Shown here piece by piece: positions 25,853 through 38,189 of a stretch of 64,000 bases of DNA. How positions within the stretch are numbered: the first letter of the stretch is position 1; the number at the start of each line of letters is the position of its first letter. Source of the DNA: Macrostomum hystrix (taxonomy: Eukaryota > Animalia > Platyhelminthes); the NCBI GenBank assembly GCA_950097015.1, contig CATNEN010000003.1, positions 9,114,001 to 9,178,000 on the forward strand, read 5' to 3'. Below the pieces are notes generated by a model. The model had not been told where the DNA came from and did not search any database. It was given only the letters and a program-made list of their open reading frames with translations. The position numbers and the translations under genes are program-made.

Positions 25853-26374
25853 GTCTCTTTACCCGTAATTACTCTGCGTCGCATGCAACACTGATTAAAA
25901 TGCAGAGCCTTATCACAATGGAATGTTTGGTTGTTAATAAAAAAAGTCAATTTGACTTTCATATTTCTAAAATGTCTACTAGGTTGAACATTTCGTTATT
26001 TCCTGCTTACAGTGCTAACCTATGGATTGAATAGATTTGCTGCCAAAACAATGTTTTCTTGCTTACTAGACTTTTTATTATTAATAGTTTTTCAGCTTTA
26101 CTTTTGTATAACACACACCTGTGCTTGTCTGTGTGTACATATCGCGATGTTAGATTAAGTGGCACCAAAGTTTGTAGTTTTTTACTACAAAAAAAGAAAA
26201 TTTAGATTAGATAAAATAAAAATTCTGTAAACTATGTATTTTATGTTTGTGTTTGCTTATTTCTTTTAATAAGGTCCTAGGTTGAAGCTAAATAATATAT
26301 TTAATGACTGTGTACACCTGATCAGTCCATGGGCTCGTAAGGCAGCACAATTATCTGGCTAAATGTCCCGGTCG

Positions 26375-26800
26375 ATTTCCGTCGGTCTGTTTGTCATTTC
26401 CGTCGGTCTGTTTGTCATTCCTGTCGGTCTGTTTGTCATTTCTGTCGGCCTGTTTGTCACTTCTGTCGGTCTGTTTGTCATTTCTATCGGTCTGTTTGTC
26501 ACTTCTGTCTGACTATTTGTCATTCCTGTCGGTCTGTTTGTAATTCCTGTCGGTCTGTTTGTCATTCCTGTCGGTCTGTTTGTCATTCCTGTCGGTCTGT
26601 TTGTCATTTCTGTCGGTCTGTTTGTCATTTCTGTCGGTCTGTTTGTCATTCCTGTCGGTCTGTTTGTCATTCCTGTCGGTCTGTTTGTCACTTCTGTCGG
26701 TCTGTTTGTCATCTTAGTTTCTCATCCCTGGTCGTTGTGGGTGTGTACATGTGTGAGTTTGTGTACTTTTATGCTAAAGAGCTCAGATATTTTTCGTTTT
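26375..26800. repeat. 21-bp minisatellite (GTCGGTCTGTTTGTCATT[T/C]CT)n plus conserved 3' flank, second copy
   Basis: About 16 units, followed by GGTCGTTGTGGGTGTGTACATGTGTGAG...GAGCTCAGA. Confidence 0.92.
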
Positions 26801-27361
26801 TGTATGCCTATATATTTTGAAGCTACATAATATAGTTAGTGACTGTGTACATCTGGTCAGTCCGTGGACTTGTGAGGCTGCAAAATTATCTGGCCAAATG
26901 TCCCAGTAAATATTCTGCTCCTTTGCTAAATTGCTTTTAAAAGCAAAATATATCTTTTCCAACACGCATTCCATAGCGATGAGTCAAATTTTGTGAAGCC
27001 TACTACCAGACAAACTTGAAATACCCGCGTGATAATACTTTGATCTGTCTCAACCTACCCTTCTCTCTCCTTACTCGAAGGACTCATTTTACACAATCGC
27101 CTTCCAACCCTCGGCTATTCAATTATGCGTACAGAATGAGACCTTAATAAATTAACTATAAACTACAAGACAGCTCGACGTAGTGAATTTCCAGGTCACG
27201 CGAACTTCGGGCTGTTGCTAATTTTAGCTCTCATTTTTTCGAATTCATTTTTGCTTCTGTCAGATTAAAATAAATTAATATTGGGTTTCTAAGCTTTAAG
27301 ACTGCAAACATTTTAATGACTATTCTACTTAAGGTTGTGATTGCACATCAGCCTCACAACC

Positions 27362-28116
27362 CACAGATTCCTATCTCCCTACATCTCATTATCCCTACAT
27401 ACATCTTCCTTTCTATCTACATCTTCCTTTCTATCTACATCTTCCTTTCTCCCTACATCATGGTCTCCCTACAGATTCATGACTCCCTACATCTCATCCT
27501 CCCTGCATACATCTTCCTATCTCCCTACATCTCATCCTCCCTGCATACATCTTCCAACCAATCTCCCTACATCTCATTCTCCCTACTTACATCTTCCTAT
27601 CTCCCTACATCTCATTCTCCCTGCATACATCTTCCAATCTCCCTACATCTCATCCTCCCTACTTACAGATTCCTATCTCCCTACATCTCATCCTCCCTAC
27701 TTACAGATTCCTATCTCCCTACATCTCATCCTCCCTACTTACAGATTCCTATCTCCCTACATCTCATCCTCCCTACTTACAGATTCCTATCTCCCTACAT
27801 CTCATCCTCCCTACTTACAGATTCCTATCTCCCTACATCTCATCCTCCCTACTTACAGATTCATATCTCCCTACATCTCATCCTCCCTACTTACAGATTC
27901 CTATCTCCCTACATCTCATCCTCCCTACTTACAGATTCCTATCTCCCTACATCTCATCCTCCCTACTTACAGATTCCTATCTCCCTACATCTCATCCTCC
28001 CTACTTACAGATTCCTATCTCCCTACATCTCATCCTCCCTACTTACAGATTCCTATCTCCCTACATCTCATCCTCCCTACTTACAGATTCCTATCTTCCT
28101 ACATCTCATCCTCCCT
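27362..28116. repeat. 38-bp minisatellite (CAGATTCCTATCTCCCTACATCTCATCCTCCCTACTTA)n
   Basis: About 20 units. Confidence 0.97.
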
Positions 28117-28537
28117 AAATTCAGGTCTCCTTTGCGTTGACACAATGCTTTGATGCAAATTGTTACCATCGACAGTAAACAGAGCAGCTCCTAATGCAAT
28201 CTTTTTTTTTAATTGATTGTCACTTGGTCGTCACTTAAAGTAATGTCACTTGAAGTGTTATTACCATGGCCTGGTGTTTTGACAGTAGGTAATTAAATCA
28301 ATGCAGCTTGTATGGCGAGTATAAATTTTAAGTTCTTAATAATGGTGTCTTAATACTCGCTCAACTAAAACACTAAATAGCTGCAAGCTGTTTTCAAAGG
28401 ACTTCTCGCTCTATTTTAATATTCGTTTACTTGCTCAGATGCTTAACTATCGTGAAAAAATGCTACAATTTCGCCTGGCTTTTTTAAACTTTCAGCATTA
28501 TAACTGTTTCGTACTTTTATTAAAAAAACTGGCAACA

Positions 28538-31500
28538 ATGGTGTCTTCCGCAGCCACTGACACTACTTCAAAATTAATCCCATGCGGGGATAATGAGCAG
28601 CGTCTGCTCACTGTGCTACTATCCGGTCTGGCTTTCGCTTTAACCTGGTTGATTTTGACATTGTTGCGAAACTGCAAAGGCAGTGATTTCTGTCGTAGAT
28701 TGTCTAGCTGGATGCCTAGCTGTTTCGTTTCTCGTCAGCAACAGCAGCAGCAGCAGCAGCAGCATTCTCAGTCATCGGAGCACAGGCCTTTAGCCGTGTT
28801 TGTCTTCGAAAATGGCAATCGTAATTCACCTGGCTCCGATATTGCCATAGCAACTGTATCTAATGAAAACATTTTAATCGGTGGCGTCAGCGAGGGAATC
28901 GTCGGTGCTAATGCTGAAGATGGCGACGATTCTGAAGCTACTAGGGACGAATTTCTAAGAAATCGACGACGAAATGCCGCCCTGGCCGCATACGACATTG
29001 AGGTTTTAGATTCTGACGGCGAGCTGGATTCTGAAACCAGAGAGCGGTTGGAAGATGTCCTGCTGGAGTACACGGCTGTTAGTTTGTATTGCCTTTCTGG
29101 CGCTAACATTCATTTGGGGCGCAGCGGCAGAGAGAAGACTTAGAGGCTTGTCGTGCTATTTACGCCCTTGAGGGCCAACCTCTAAGACACAGTGAGAGTG
29201 TACACTGCCTGACATGAGAAATTCAGGGCAGATGTACACACCTGTGTGAGCGTGTGCCTGCGTACAGTATCTGTGTGCGTGTGCTCAGGAGTCAGCGAAA
29301 TAGGCAGAATTGCCTCCTCGCTGGCTGCAGGTCTAGTGTCACCAAATGATTTGCCATTGGCCGCAGCCTTCCTGCAATTAAAAATCAAAATAATAAAGAG
29401 CGGGTGGAGCTGCGGAGAGAAGGCTTTAGGCTTTTCGTTCAATTAACAGTAGAACTACCAAGGGGGGGGGAATTTCCCCCCTGACAATTTTTTTTCTGCA
29501 CCCGAACGGAACAATGCAAGCACACGAAACTCAAGAACATGGGCCAACTTTTTGTTGCGCATCTTCTGAAACAAGAAACAAGTCGCCAGCTCTTTAGATC
29601 GTCGAGATATTCAATGTTTCTGGCCGAAGGTCCGATTTTCCCATAAGAGCTAGTGTATTTCATACACCCCTATACACGAATTTGCACTGCGCCTCAGTGT
29701 GGCCTTTCCAGACCTTCAAACTTTATCAGCATGTCACCCGAATGTGCCTGCATCATTTCCGTCTTTGGTGGTCACCCACCTTTATCTAGACGAACTGCGG
29801 GAACTTCAAATGCAAAAATGTGGATATGGGCCACTCTGGACACCCTGACGCAAATTTCTAAAATTTCACTGCTGAAGTCTAAGTATTAGGCGCGGCTTAA
29901 CTACAGTACACCATCGCCTAGTCTGTCAACCAATCAGTCACCACCCTACGTGGTTAGCTTTCAGGCGCTGCCAAAAAATGTTCTCGGGGGGGGGATTCCC
30001 CCCTTGGTATTAAAACGGGCGGCAAAATGGCTTGGTAGTCCTACTGTTGATACCCTTGAAGGGCCAATCTTCGAGTCACAATGAAAGTTTGCTACCTGCG
30101 ACTCTGACTGTCGTTACAACGATAGAAACGCTACATCAACAACGATTTATTATTGACTATGAAAAATTGTGTCATTTGCAGTGTATAAATTCACCCATTG
30201 TCAGGTTATGCAAACCGATTCAACCTTTGGACTAGGCGGCAGGCCTCATCTGAAATATTTCAACTGTTTATTCAACCAAGCTGATCAAAGTATGAGCGTC
30301 CAATCACAAGACGGCGGGGTTGTAGTCGACACGACCGTTTCCGTTGAAGAAGAATGTTCTTTGTCAAATGTTGACGACATCGACATACTGGTTGATGGTT
30401 GTAAATCATTGATTGAAAATCATCAACCAGCTCAAAATCTTAGACTGAGTTTGAAGTTTTTCAACGACGAGTTGAGAACAGTCGAAGCTTCTCCTACTGA
30501 GTCTATTGAAAGCTTTAAGAAGTTAGTATTTTGCTGCTTGAACTCATTTTGGCCTAGAAAACCTGAATTACACAAATATATTTTTTTCACTAGTTTTATT
30601 CCTTCATCAATACTTTATCCTTAAAGTCCTTCAGGTCCTAATTCAGTAGTAGGTTTCTACTCTCTCAAAGTTCTTCAGGTCCTAATTCAGTAGTAGGTTT
30701 CTACTCTCTCAAAGTCCTTCAGGTCCTAATTCAGTAGTAGGTTTCTACTCTCTCAAAGTCCTTCAGGTCCTAATTCAGTAGTAGGTTTCTACTCTCTCCT
30801 CAAAGTCCTTCAGGTCCTAATTCAGTAGTAGGTTTCTACTCTCTCAAAGTCCTTCAGGTCCTAATTCAGTAGTAGGTTTCTACTCTCTCAAAGTCCTTCA
30901 GGTCCTAATTCAGTAGTAGGTTTCTACTCTCTCCTCAAAGTCCTTCAGGTCCTAATTCAGTAGTAGGTTTCTACTCTCTCCTCAAAGTCCTTCAGGTCCT
31001 AATTCAGTAGTAGGTTTCTACTCTCTCCTCAAAGTCCTTCAGGTCCTAATTCAGTAGTAGGTTTCTACTCTCTCAAAGTCCTTCAGGTCCTAATTCAGTA
31101 GTAGGTTTCTACTCTCTCAAAGTCCTTCAGGTCCTAATTCAGTAGTAGGTTTCTACTCTCTCAAAGTCCTTCAGTTCCTAATTCAGTAGTAGGTTTCTAC
31201 TCTCTCCTCAAAGTCCTTCAGGTCCTAATTCAGTAGTAGGTTTCTACTCTCTCAAAGTCCTTCAGGTCCTAATTCAGTAGTAGGTTTCTACTCTCTCAAA
31301 GTCCTTCAGTTCCTAATTCAGTAGTAGGTTTCTACTCTCTCAAAGTCCTTCAGGTCCTAATTCAGTAGTAGGTTTCTACTCTCTCAAAGTCCTTCAGTTC
31401 CTAATTCAGTAGTAGGTTTCTACTCTCTCAAAGTCCTTCAGGTCCTAATTCAGTAGTAGGTTTCTACTCTCTCAAAGTCCTTTAAGTCCTAATTCAGTAG

Positions 31501-32435
31501 TAGGTTTCTACTCTCCTCAAAGTCCTTCAGGTGCTAATTTAGTAGTAGGTTTCTACTCTTAAAGTGCATTAGCTACACTATAAAGTATTCTACTCTTAAA
31601 GTGCATTAGCTACACTATAAAGTATTCTACTCTTAAAGTGCATTAGCTACACTATAAAGTATTCTACTATTAAAGTTCATTAGCTACACTATAAAGTATT
31701 CTACTCTTAAAGTGCATTAGCTACACTATAAAGTATTCTACTCTTAAAGTGCATTAGCTACACTATAAAGTATTCTACTCTTAAAGTGCATTAGCTACAC
31801 TATAAAGTATTCTACTCTTAAAGTGCATTAGCTACACTATAAAGTACACTACAGCACGTCCTGATAATCCCTTTTAACCAATCAGGCGACACTTCAGCGT
31901 TGAATTATTGCGCAATCAACGAGTCCGTCTTATCTGGCAAGGTCGCGAGCTCTTGCCCGGTCCCGGTCGCACTTTAGCCACCTGTTGCGTCACCAACGAA
32001 GCTACAATTCATTGCCTAGTGACAGATTCTATCGCTGGCAGTTCGAATTCATTAATAAATCATGATCGATTATTGCCTCAATCCGACACGGAGGATAGCG
32101 AAGGCCACGAGGATGAGGAAGATTTAGACGAAGATGCGGATTATCCTGGCGATGTGTTGTCTCCCTGGGTATTTCCGGTTCACTGCTTTAGCCTAGTATT
32201 GACCGCTTGGTGCCTGCGAATGCTCTACCGGCTATTCTCAACGACGGTTGCCATGTCAGGGGCAAGCCTGCTAGTCTGTGCTATCGCCCTGTCAACAATG
32301 CGCATATCGGATTTCACTGAACATTTCTTATTGGACGACAATTCGTTTGACAACTATGCCGATGTTATCGACGGTGTTAGACGGCCAGTGACGGTGCATC
32401 GGATCAACATGGCCGCCAATGATACTGACGGATAG
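28538..32435 (+). CDS. TMUB: Transmembrane and ubiquitin-like domain protein (TMUB1/2-like), ~468 aa
   Basis: Exons 28538-29077, ~30205-30521 (acceptor least certain) and 31886-32435. N-terminal TM (LLTVLLSGLAFALTWL), polyQ, UBL domain LRLSLKFFND...SFKKRHF...VRLIWQGRELL...TL...IHCLVT, and two C-terminal hydrophobic segments. Confidence 0.85.
29110..29385 (+). mobile_element. SINE family A, 5'-truncated, in TMUB intron 1
   Basis: Colinear with 53200-53465. Confidence 0.9.
29447..30046. mobile_element. MITE with 16-bp CAGT-terminal TIRs
   Basis: TTAA|CAGTAGAACTACCAAG ... CTTGGTAGTCCTACTG|TTGA, with subterminal G-run/C-run hairpins at both ends. Confidence 0.7.
30623..31850. repeat. Two abutting minisatellites filling TMUB intron 2: 44/47-bp unit (30623-31560) and 37-bp unit (31561-31850)
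   Basis: (AAAGTCCTTCAGGTCCTAATTCAGTAGTAGGTTTCTACTCTCTC)n then (AAAGTGCATTAGCTACACTATAAAGTATTCTACTCTT)n. Confidence 0.97.
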
Positions 32436-32559
32436 AAAAACCAACCTGCCTGACTTCTTAAACTTTCTTAAATTCCGTTTCTTTGATGAGATGCTTCCAG
32501 ATCCGTTATTTTAGAACCCTGGTTGTCAGTTTCTGAAATTTAGATTATGAATCTCCCAT

Positions 32560-33468
32560 AATTGGCGAGTTGGGATTCCAAAGAATTGTGGGATATTGGC
32601 AAGTTGGGATTCCAAAGAATTGTGGGATATTGGCGAGTTGGGATTCTGAAGAACTGTGGGGATATTGGCAAGTTGGGATTCTAAAGAATTGTGGGACATT
32701 GGCAAGTTGGGATTCTAAAGAATTGTAGGGATATTGGCAAGTTGGGATTCTAAAGAATTTTAGGGATATTGGCGAGTTGGGATTCTAAAGAATTGTAGGG
32801 ATATTGGCAAGTTGGGATTCTAAAGAATTGTGGTGAAATCAGCAAGTTGGGATTCTAAAGAATTGTGGGGATATTGGCAAGTTGGGATTCTAAAGAATTG
32901 TGGGATATTGGCAAGTTGGGATTCTAAAGAATTGTAGGGATATTGGCAAGTTGGGATTCTAAAGAATTGTAGGGATATTGGCAAGTTGGGATTCTAAAGA
33001 ATTGTGGGGATATTGGCTGGTTGGGATTCTAAAGAATTGTGGGGATATTGGCTGGTTGGGATTCTAAAGAATTGTGGGGAGATTGGCTGGTTGGGATTCT
33101 AAAGAATTGTGGGGATATTGGCTGGTTGGGATTCTAAAGAATTGTGGGGATATTGGCAAGTAGGGATTCTAAAGAATTGTGGGGATATTGGCTAGTTGGG
33201 ATTCTAAAGAATTGTGGGATATTGGCAAGTAGGGATTCTAAAGAATTGTGGGGTTATTTGCTAGTTGGGATTCTAAAGAATTGTGGTGATATTGGCAAGT
33301 TGGGATTCTAAAGAATTTTAGGGATATTGGCAAGTTGGGATTCTAAAGAATTGTAGGGATATTGGCAAGTTGGGATTCTAAAGAATTGTAGGGATATTGG
33401 CAAGTTGGGATTCTAAAGAATTGTAGGGATATTGGCAAGTTGGGATTCTAAAGAATTGTGTGGATATT
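32560..33468. repeat. 34-35-bp minisatellite (GATATTGGCAAGTTGGGATTCTAAAGAATTGTGGG)n
   Basis: About 26 units just downstream of the TMUB stop. Confidence 0.97.
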
Positions 33469-34423
33469 TAGATATCAATATTTAGTGATTACTTTATAAA
33501 ACAGCTTCAAACTCTACTAGATACGTAGATCCTGCAGATACTACTTACTTGCTACCCGTCAGGTTTTCTTTATGGTAAGGATTATTCTTTGCTTTATTTG
33601 TACTAGTATCATTTTAGTGCCAAATTGTAAGTTTAGTATAATATGTCCGTGATGCTAATATGCAATTATTTCCTTATATTTTATGCTTATTTATTATATA
33701 TAGTTTTTCTAATGCATTGCTATGACAGGTGGATTATATAGGAGCATTGTATTTTATCCAACTTTTTTAGAAACTCTAAACGATTTTCTAGTCAAGCGTA
33801 ATCGTTATTCACTTAATAAATAAATATAGTTAGTTCTTACTCCAAGAAATAATATTTCCTATTTTCTGTTGATAAATAGAGCACACTTTTACAGTATTTT
33901 ATAAAGTATTATATATTATATATTATATATTTGACGCGCATCGTTGTCATTTGAGTATTTGTTTTAATCAACGAAGTTTTCTTTTTGTTTTACTACTATT
34001 AGTAGAGTAAAGAAGAGAAACTTTTGTTTTATTACGAGCGTAAAATCGCATTCTTTTACACAAAATATTAACTATCGTGTCTATATACACCTGGCTCATT
34101 ATATCATAGTAATTTCGCGTGTACAATAGACATGCGGCAAGTTTTGAACAAATATTTTCATTTCCACTTGAATTTGTGTTGTATTTGCGTTAACAAATTA
34201 TTTATTTTATTTTTACGCCTTCGTTTTTACATATATTATAATTCTTGACTTGGCTATGGTCTAATTGATGCTTGTAGCATGAGTGTTTAAACCTTCAGAC
34301 TTTCGACCGAAGGTCTGGTGTTCGAATCTTAGCTCTAGGGAGATTATTTGTGTCATTGAGTTCCTCCGTTTAAACTGTTCTACGACGTGTCACTTCATGC
34401 CTTAATAGTAATAGTAATCATTG

Positions 34424-34755
34424 TCGGAGGGCTGCTGGCAATGGCACATCATTTGGTGACACTAGACCCGCAGCCGGCGAGGAGGCAATTCTGCCCATTC
34501 CACTGACTTCTGAGCACTCAAGCACACAGATACCAGATAACAGGCACACGCTCACACAGGTGTGTACATCTGCCCTGACTTCCTCTTTGGCAAGCAGTGT
34601 ACACTCTCACTGTGCCTTGGAGGTTGGCCCTGAAGGGCGAAAATTTCACGACAAACCTCCAAGCCTTCTCTCCGCGGCTGTACCCCATGAATGTGGCCTC
34701 GCCGCGGAATCGAGCTCAGGGACCTTGATGCGAGACCGCTCTGCCACTCACCTCC
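34424..34755 (-). mobile_element. SINE family A, near full length
   Basis: Reverse complement of the 53122-53465 layout, including the head GTGGCAGAGCGGTC and GAGCTCGATTCCG. Confidence 0.9.
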
Positions 34756-34815
34756 CACTCCATGCCTAGTCACCGAGTTATTCAGTTTAAGGCGGCTAAG
34801 CAAACAAACAATAAT

Positions 34816-37715
34816 TCAGTTCTTTAGCTGCAGTTCAAGCACTTGTATAGTTTCTGATAGTTGGCCACGAGATCCGTGCGCAATGCCAGTATCGGCAGAC
34901 ATTGCTCTTCGATGGCGGCACTTCAGTAGCCATGACAACGGCAAGACTATAGCGCAGCCTAGAAACATGAATCCAGCAGCCGTCAGGTACGAGGCGTTGA
35001 ATGAACCGGTGGCGTCGTAGATTGCACCTGTCGAATATTCAGTGAAGACATTTTTTTATCTCATTGTTTAAGATCAGCTTTGGGGTGGGTGCAGTTAAGG
35101 TACTAATACATGTATTTGTAGGAGGGCTGCGGGCAATGGCACATCATTTGGTGACACTAGACCCGCAGCCAGCGAGGAAGCAATTCTGCTCATTTCGCTG
35201 ACTCCTGAGCACACGCTCACACAGGTGTGTACATCTGACCTGACTTTCTCTTTAACCAGCCGATCACATTAAATCCTCATTCGTACCTGTCAGCGGGGGT
35301 CCCACAAGGACACCGACAGCGTCGCAGAACAATGCCAGGCCGAATGAGTCACTCAGGCGGTCGGCTCCAAGCATGTCGGCGCACACAGCCGGAGTCAGGG
35401 TGATGTAGGCGCCTGTTTGGGGGCAAAAGTTTGAGAGGCAGAAAATTCTATACGAGCTATACAAAAAATAGCAAGTTACTCAGTTGGGCCAGATGTTGCT
35501 GCCAGTGGACTGCCCAGGGAGCTGTCACACCCAACCGACAATTCCCCCCCCCCGAGGTGAGATTTGAACTCTAGACCTCACAAGCTCCCTTTTTCTCGCT
35601 ACATACCTGTAACTGTTTCTTTGATTTGAGTTGTCCCTTCTTAACTGTAGAGAGAGACCACGGGAGGGATTTTAAATACCCACATTCTTCTATTTTCTGT
35701 GTCATTGGCATCGTCGAGATGCGATTCTCGTCAGAGTTGTCCTTGTCACTGCAGGATCTTCAACAAGAATCGCTGAATATCATCATACGATGCCGACTCG
35801 AACGGCTTCGAAAGTTAAGCAAAGAAGTTGACCTCACTTGACCCGCAGCCAGCGAGGAGGCAATTCTGCCCATTTCGCTGACTCCTGAGCACACGCTCAC
35901 ACAGGTGTGTACATCTGCCCTGAATTTCACACGTCAGGCAGTGTACACTCTCACTGTGCCTTGGAGGTTGGCCCTCAAGGGCGTAAATTGCACGACAAAC
36001 CCCGCAAGCCTTCTCTCTGCCGCTGCGCCCCAAATGAATGTGGCCTCGCCACTGAATCGAGCTCCGGGACCTCGGTGCGAGAGGTAAATGAGTTAGACTG
36101 CTCTGCCGCTCAGCCCCCTCCCCCGTTGTCTTTCCCCAGGAGGAAACAGCATGGTCATTCTACTGCCTATCTGGACTGCCCTCCAGAGTCATTTATTCTC
36201 TCACCGATGAAGAAGCCGAACGCAGCGCAATGCGCCAGCATCGCCGCGTAGCTCTCGGAGGCGATCCCAAACAGAGCAGCCGCTGCCGCTGCGCCCATTG
36301 TCCCAGCAAATAGCAGCGGCTTGTCAATCCTGTGGCAGGCTGCCAGCATGTCGGACAGAACTCCAAAGCTGAACCGACCAACAATGTTGGACTTGCCGAG
36401 TGTGGACATCAGCAGCGCCGCCGAGACGGCCGAGTATCCGGCTTGCCTAGCGCGATCTGGGGCGTACAGGAATGGCGTATCAAAGCCAACGTTAAACAGC
36501 AGGTTCGACATTAGGAACAGTAGAAACAGTGGATCGCGCAACAGGCCGATGTATTTTGATCTTGACGAGACAAGCGTTGATTTCTTCTCAGATTTCGGTT
36601 TCCGTGGCAACGGTCGCATCAGGCAAGCGAACACAGCGCAGTTGAGTAGAATTCCGGACAGAATGAGCAGACTGCCCCGCCAGGTGTAGGCATCGATGAG
36701 TAAGTTAATCAAGGGACCGAAAGCAATCATGCCTGGTAATTGGAACATTTCGATAGACTTTTCAACTTACGCTTTTCTTGACGTTTTTCGTCGAAATTTC
36801 TAAGACTCTCTGATTGAGACTTCATGTACTCTCTGGCTGAGACTTCTTGGACTCTCTGGCTGAGACTTCCTGTACTCTCTGACTGAGACTTCCTGGACTC
36901 TCTGACTGAGACTTCCTGGACTCAGCTGACTAAAACTTCCTGTACTCTCTGACTGAGACTTCCTGGACTCAGCTGACTAAAACTTCCTGGACTCTCTGAC
37001 TGAGACTTCCTGTACTCTCTTTAGCTTCCAAATCCCTAATCTCACCGAGTCCGGAGCCACAGTAGGCGATCCCAATGGCAGTTGAATGACGCTTTTCAAA
37101 ATAGACTCCGACTATGACAATAGTTGGCAAGTACATCAGGCTAGTGCCAATACCTGGATTGATTTTGAAGACGTTTAGATTTATAGGCTTGCAAGTTAGC
37201 ACTTGTGTTTCTATTTCTAGCCCATTAGGCATGCGGGGGCAGTCTCACCCACCCGTCAGCACCCCGATGCTGAGCACTAGAATCCAGGGTTGGACAGCAA
37301 AATAGGACACCGCCAGGCCAGCCGCAGCGACGCACGCGCCGACGATGGTCACTGGCCTGTCGCCGAATCGTTTAGATGCTAACCCGACTAGCGGCCCAGC
37401 ACCAAGCTTGATGCCGGTCAGCATGGATGACGTCCAACCGTTCTCCTGCCTGGTGGCGCCAGTGGCTTCGTCCAGAGCCAACTCGGCTGCTATCACGCCG
37501 TACGAGAAGGTGAAACCGTCCATTAGGGCGTGAATAAAGAAGCTGCTGGCCACTACAACCCAGCCCCAGCCGCCGTCCGGGGCATCGTAGGCCCGTCTGT
37601 CTTCGCCAGTAGCTGCATGAGCGTCGCTGTCGTTCGCATCGTCAGTTTGTTGACGATTTAGTGGACAATTTAGCTCCTGAGCCTCCTGCTGAAGTTTTTG
37701 TGTCTCGCTTGGCAT
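34816..37715 (-). CDS. Monocarboxylate transporter (SLC16/MCT family, MFS), ~478 aa
   Basis: Exons 37715-37253, 37153-37046, 36732-36205, 35412-35287 and 35027-34816; all introns phase 1, GT-AG. Signatures APDGGWGWVVV, YFEKRHSTAIGIA..GSGLG, YTWRGSLLI..ILLNCAVFACLMRPL, GPPLTGAIYD. Confidence 0.93.
35116..35250 (-). mobile_element. SINE family A, 3' part in SLC16 intron 4
   Basis: AGGAGGGCTGC...CATTTGGTGACACTAGACCCGCAGCCAGCGAGG...GTGTACATCTG. Confidence 0.85.
35840..36116 (-). mobile_element. SINE family A with intact head, 3'-truncated, in SLC16 intron 3
   Basis: Reverse complement begins GGGGCTGAGCGGCAGAGCAGTCTAAC, as at 53122. Confidence 0.9.
36803..37020. repeat. 23-bp minisatellite (CTGAGACTTCCTGGACTCTCTGA)n in SLC16 intron 2
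   Basis: About 9 units. Confidence 0.92.
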
Positions 37716-38189
37716 ACTTTGTGCAAATTTCGGCCTGTGTTAAACTACTCTTTTGAGACGTAGCTGCTTTATTCGGCCAGGTCAATGGCCACATTGTTGG
37801 GCTAAAATGAACTCTATTATCAGGAAATCAGCATTTAGTCTTAGAAAATAGACGAGAAGCCACATTGGACTCACTAGCCAATTAATGTATAAATTGTGCG
37901 TAAGAAGTTTTGTGGCCTCCAACTTACTTATTGTTCTCCACCGTTTTGTCTGTCCTATTTTCCGTCTCTCCTGCAAGCTTAAATTCCAAGAGTCTTAAAA
38001 CACGAAACCTGTTGTTCATTACTTGCAGAGGTATGGCTTAAACTACACGGTACAGAATAAGGATTGATGATTTCTTGTATCACAGTGTAGAAAAGGCTCA
38101 ACTAACCAATGGCCTCTAACAGGTAAGCTTTTTTGAGATATAGCCTATGAATAAATGGATTTAGTGTGACGAAATGGACGGATTGTGTT

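Noticed and set aside
22927-28153. Long ORFs of 120-414 aa (also at 8.3, 38.5, 40.3, 42.9, 58.2 and 59.4 kb)
   Set aside because: They are translations of stop-poor minisatellites, open in several frames, with no splice or domain support.
34270-34340. tRNA gene (also 50272-50330 and 53122-53195)
   Set aside because: Only degenerate A/B boxes and no complete cloverleaf; better explained as SINE heads.
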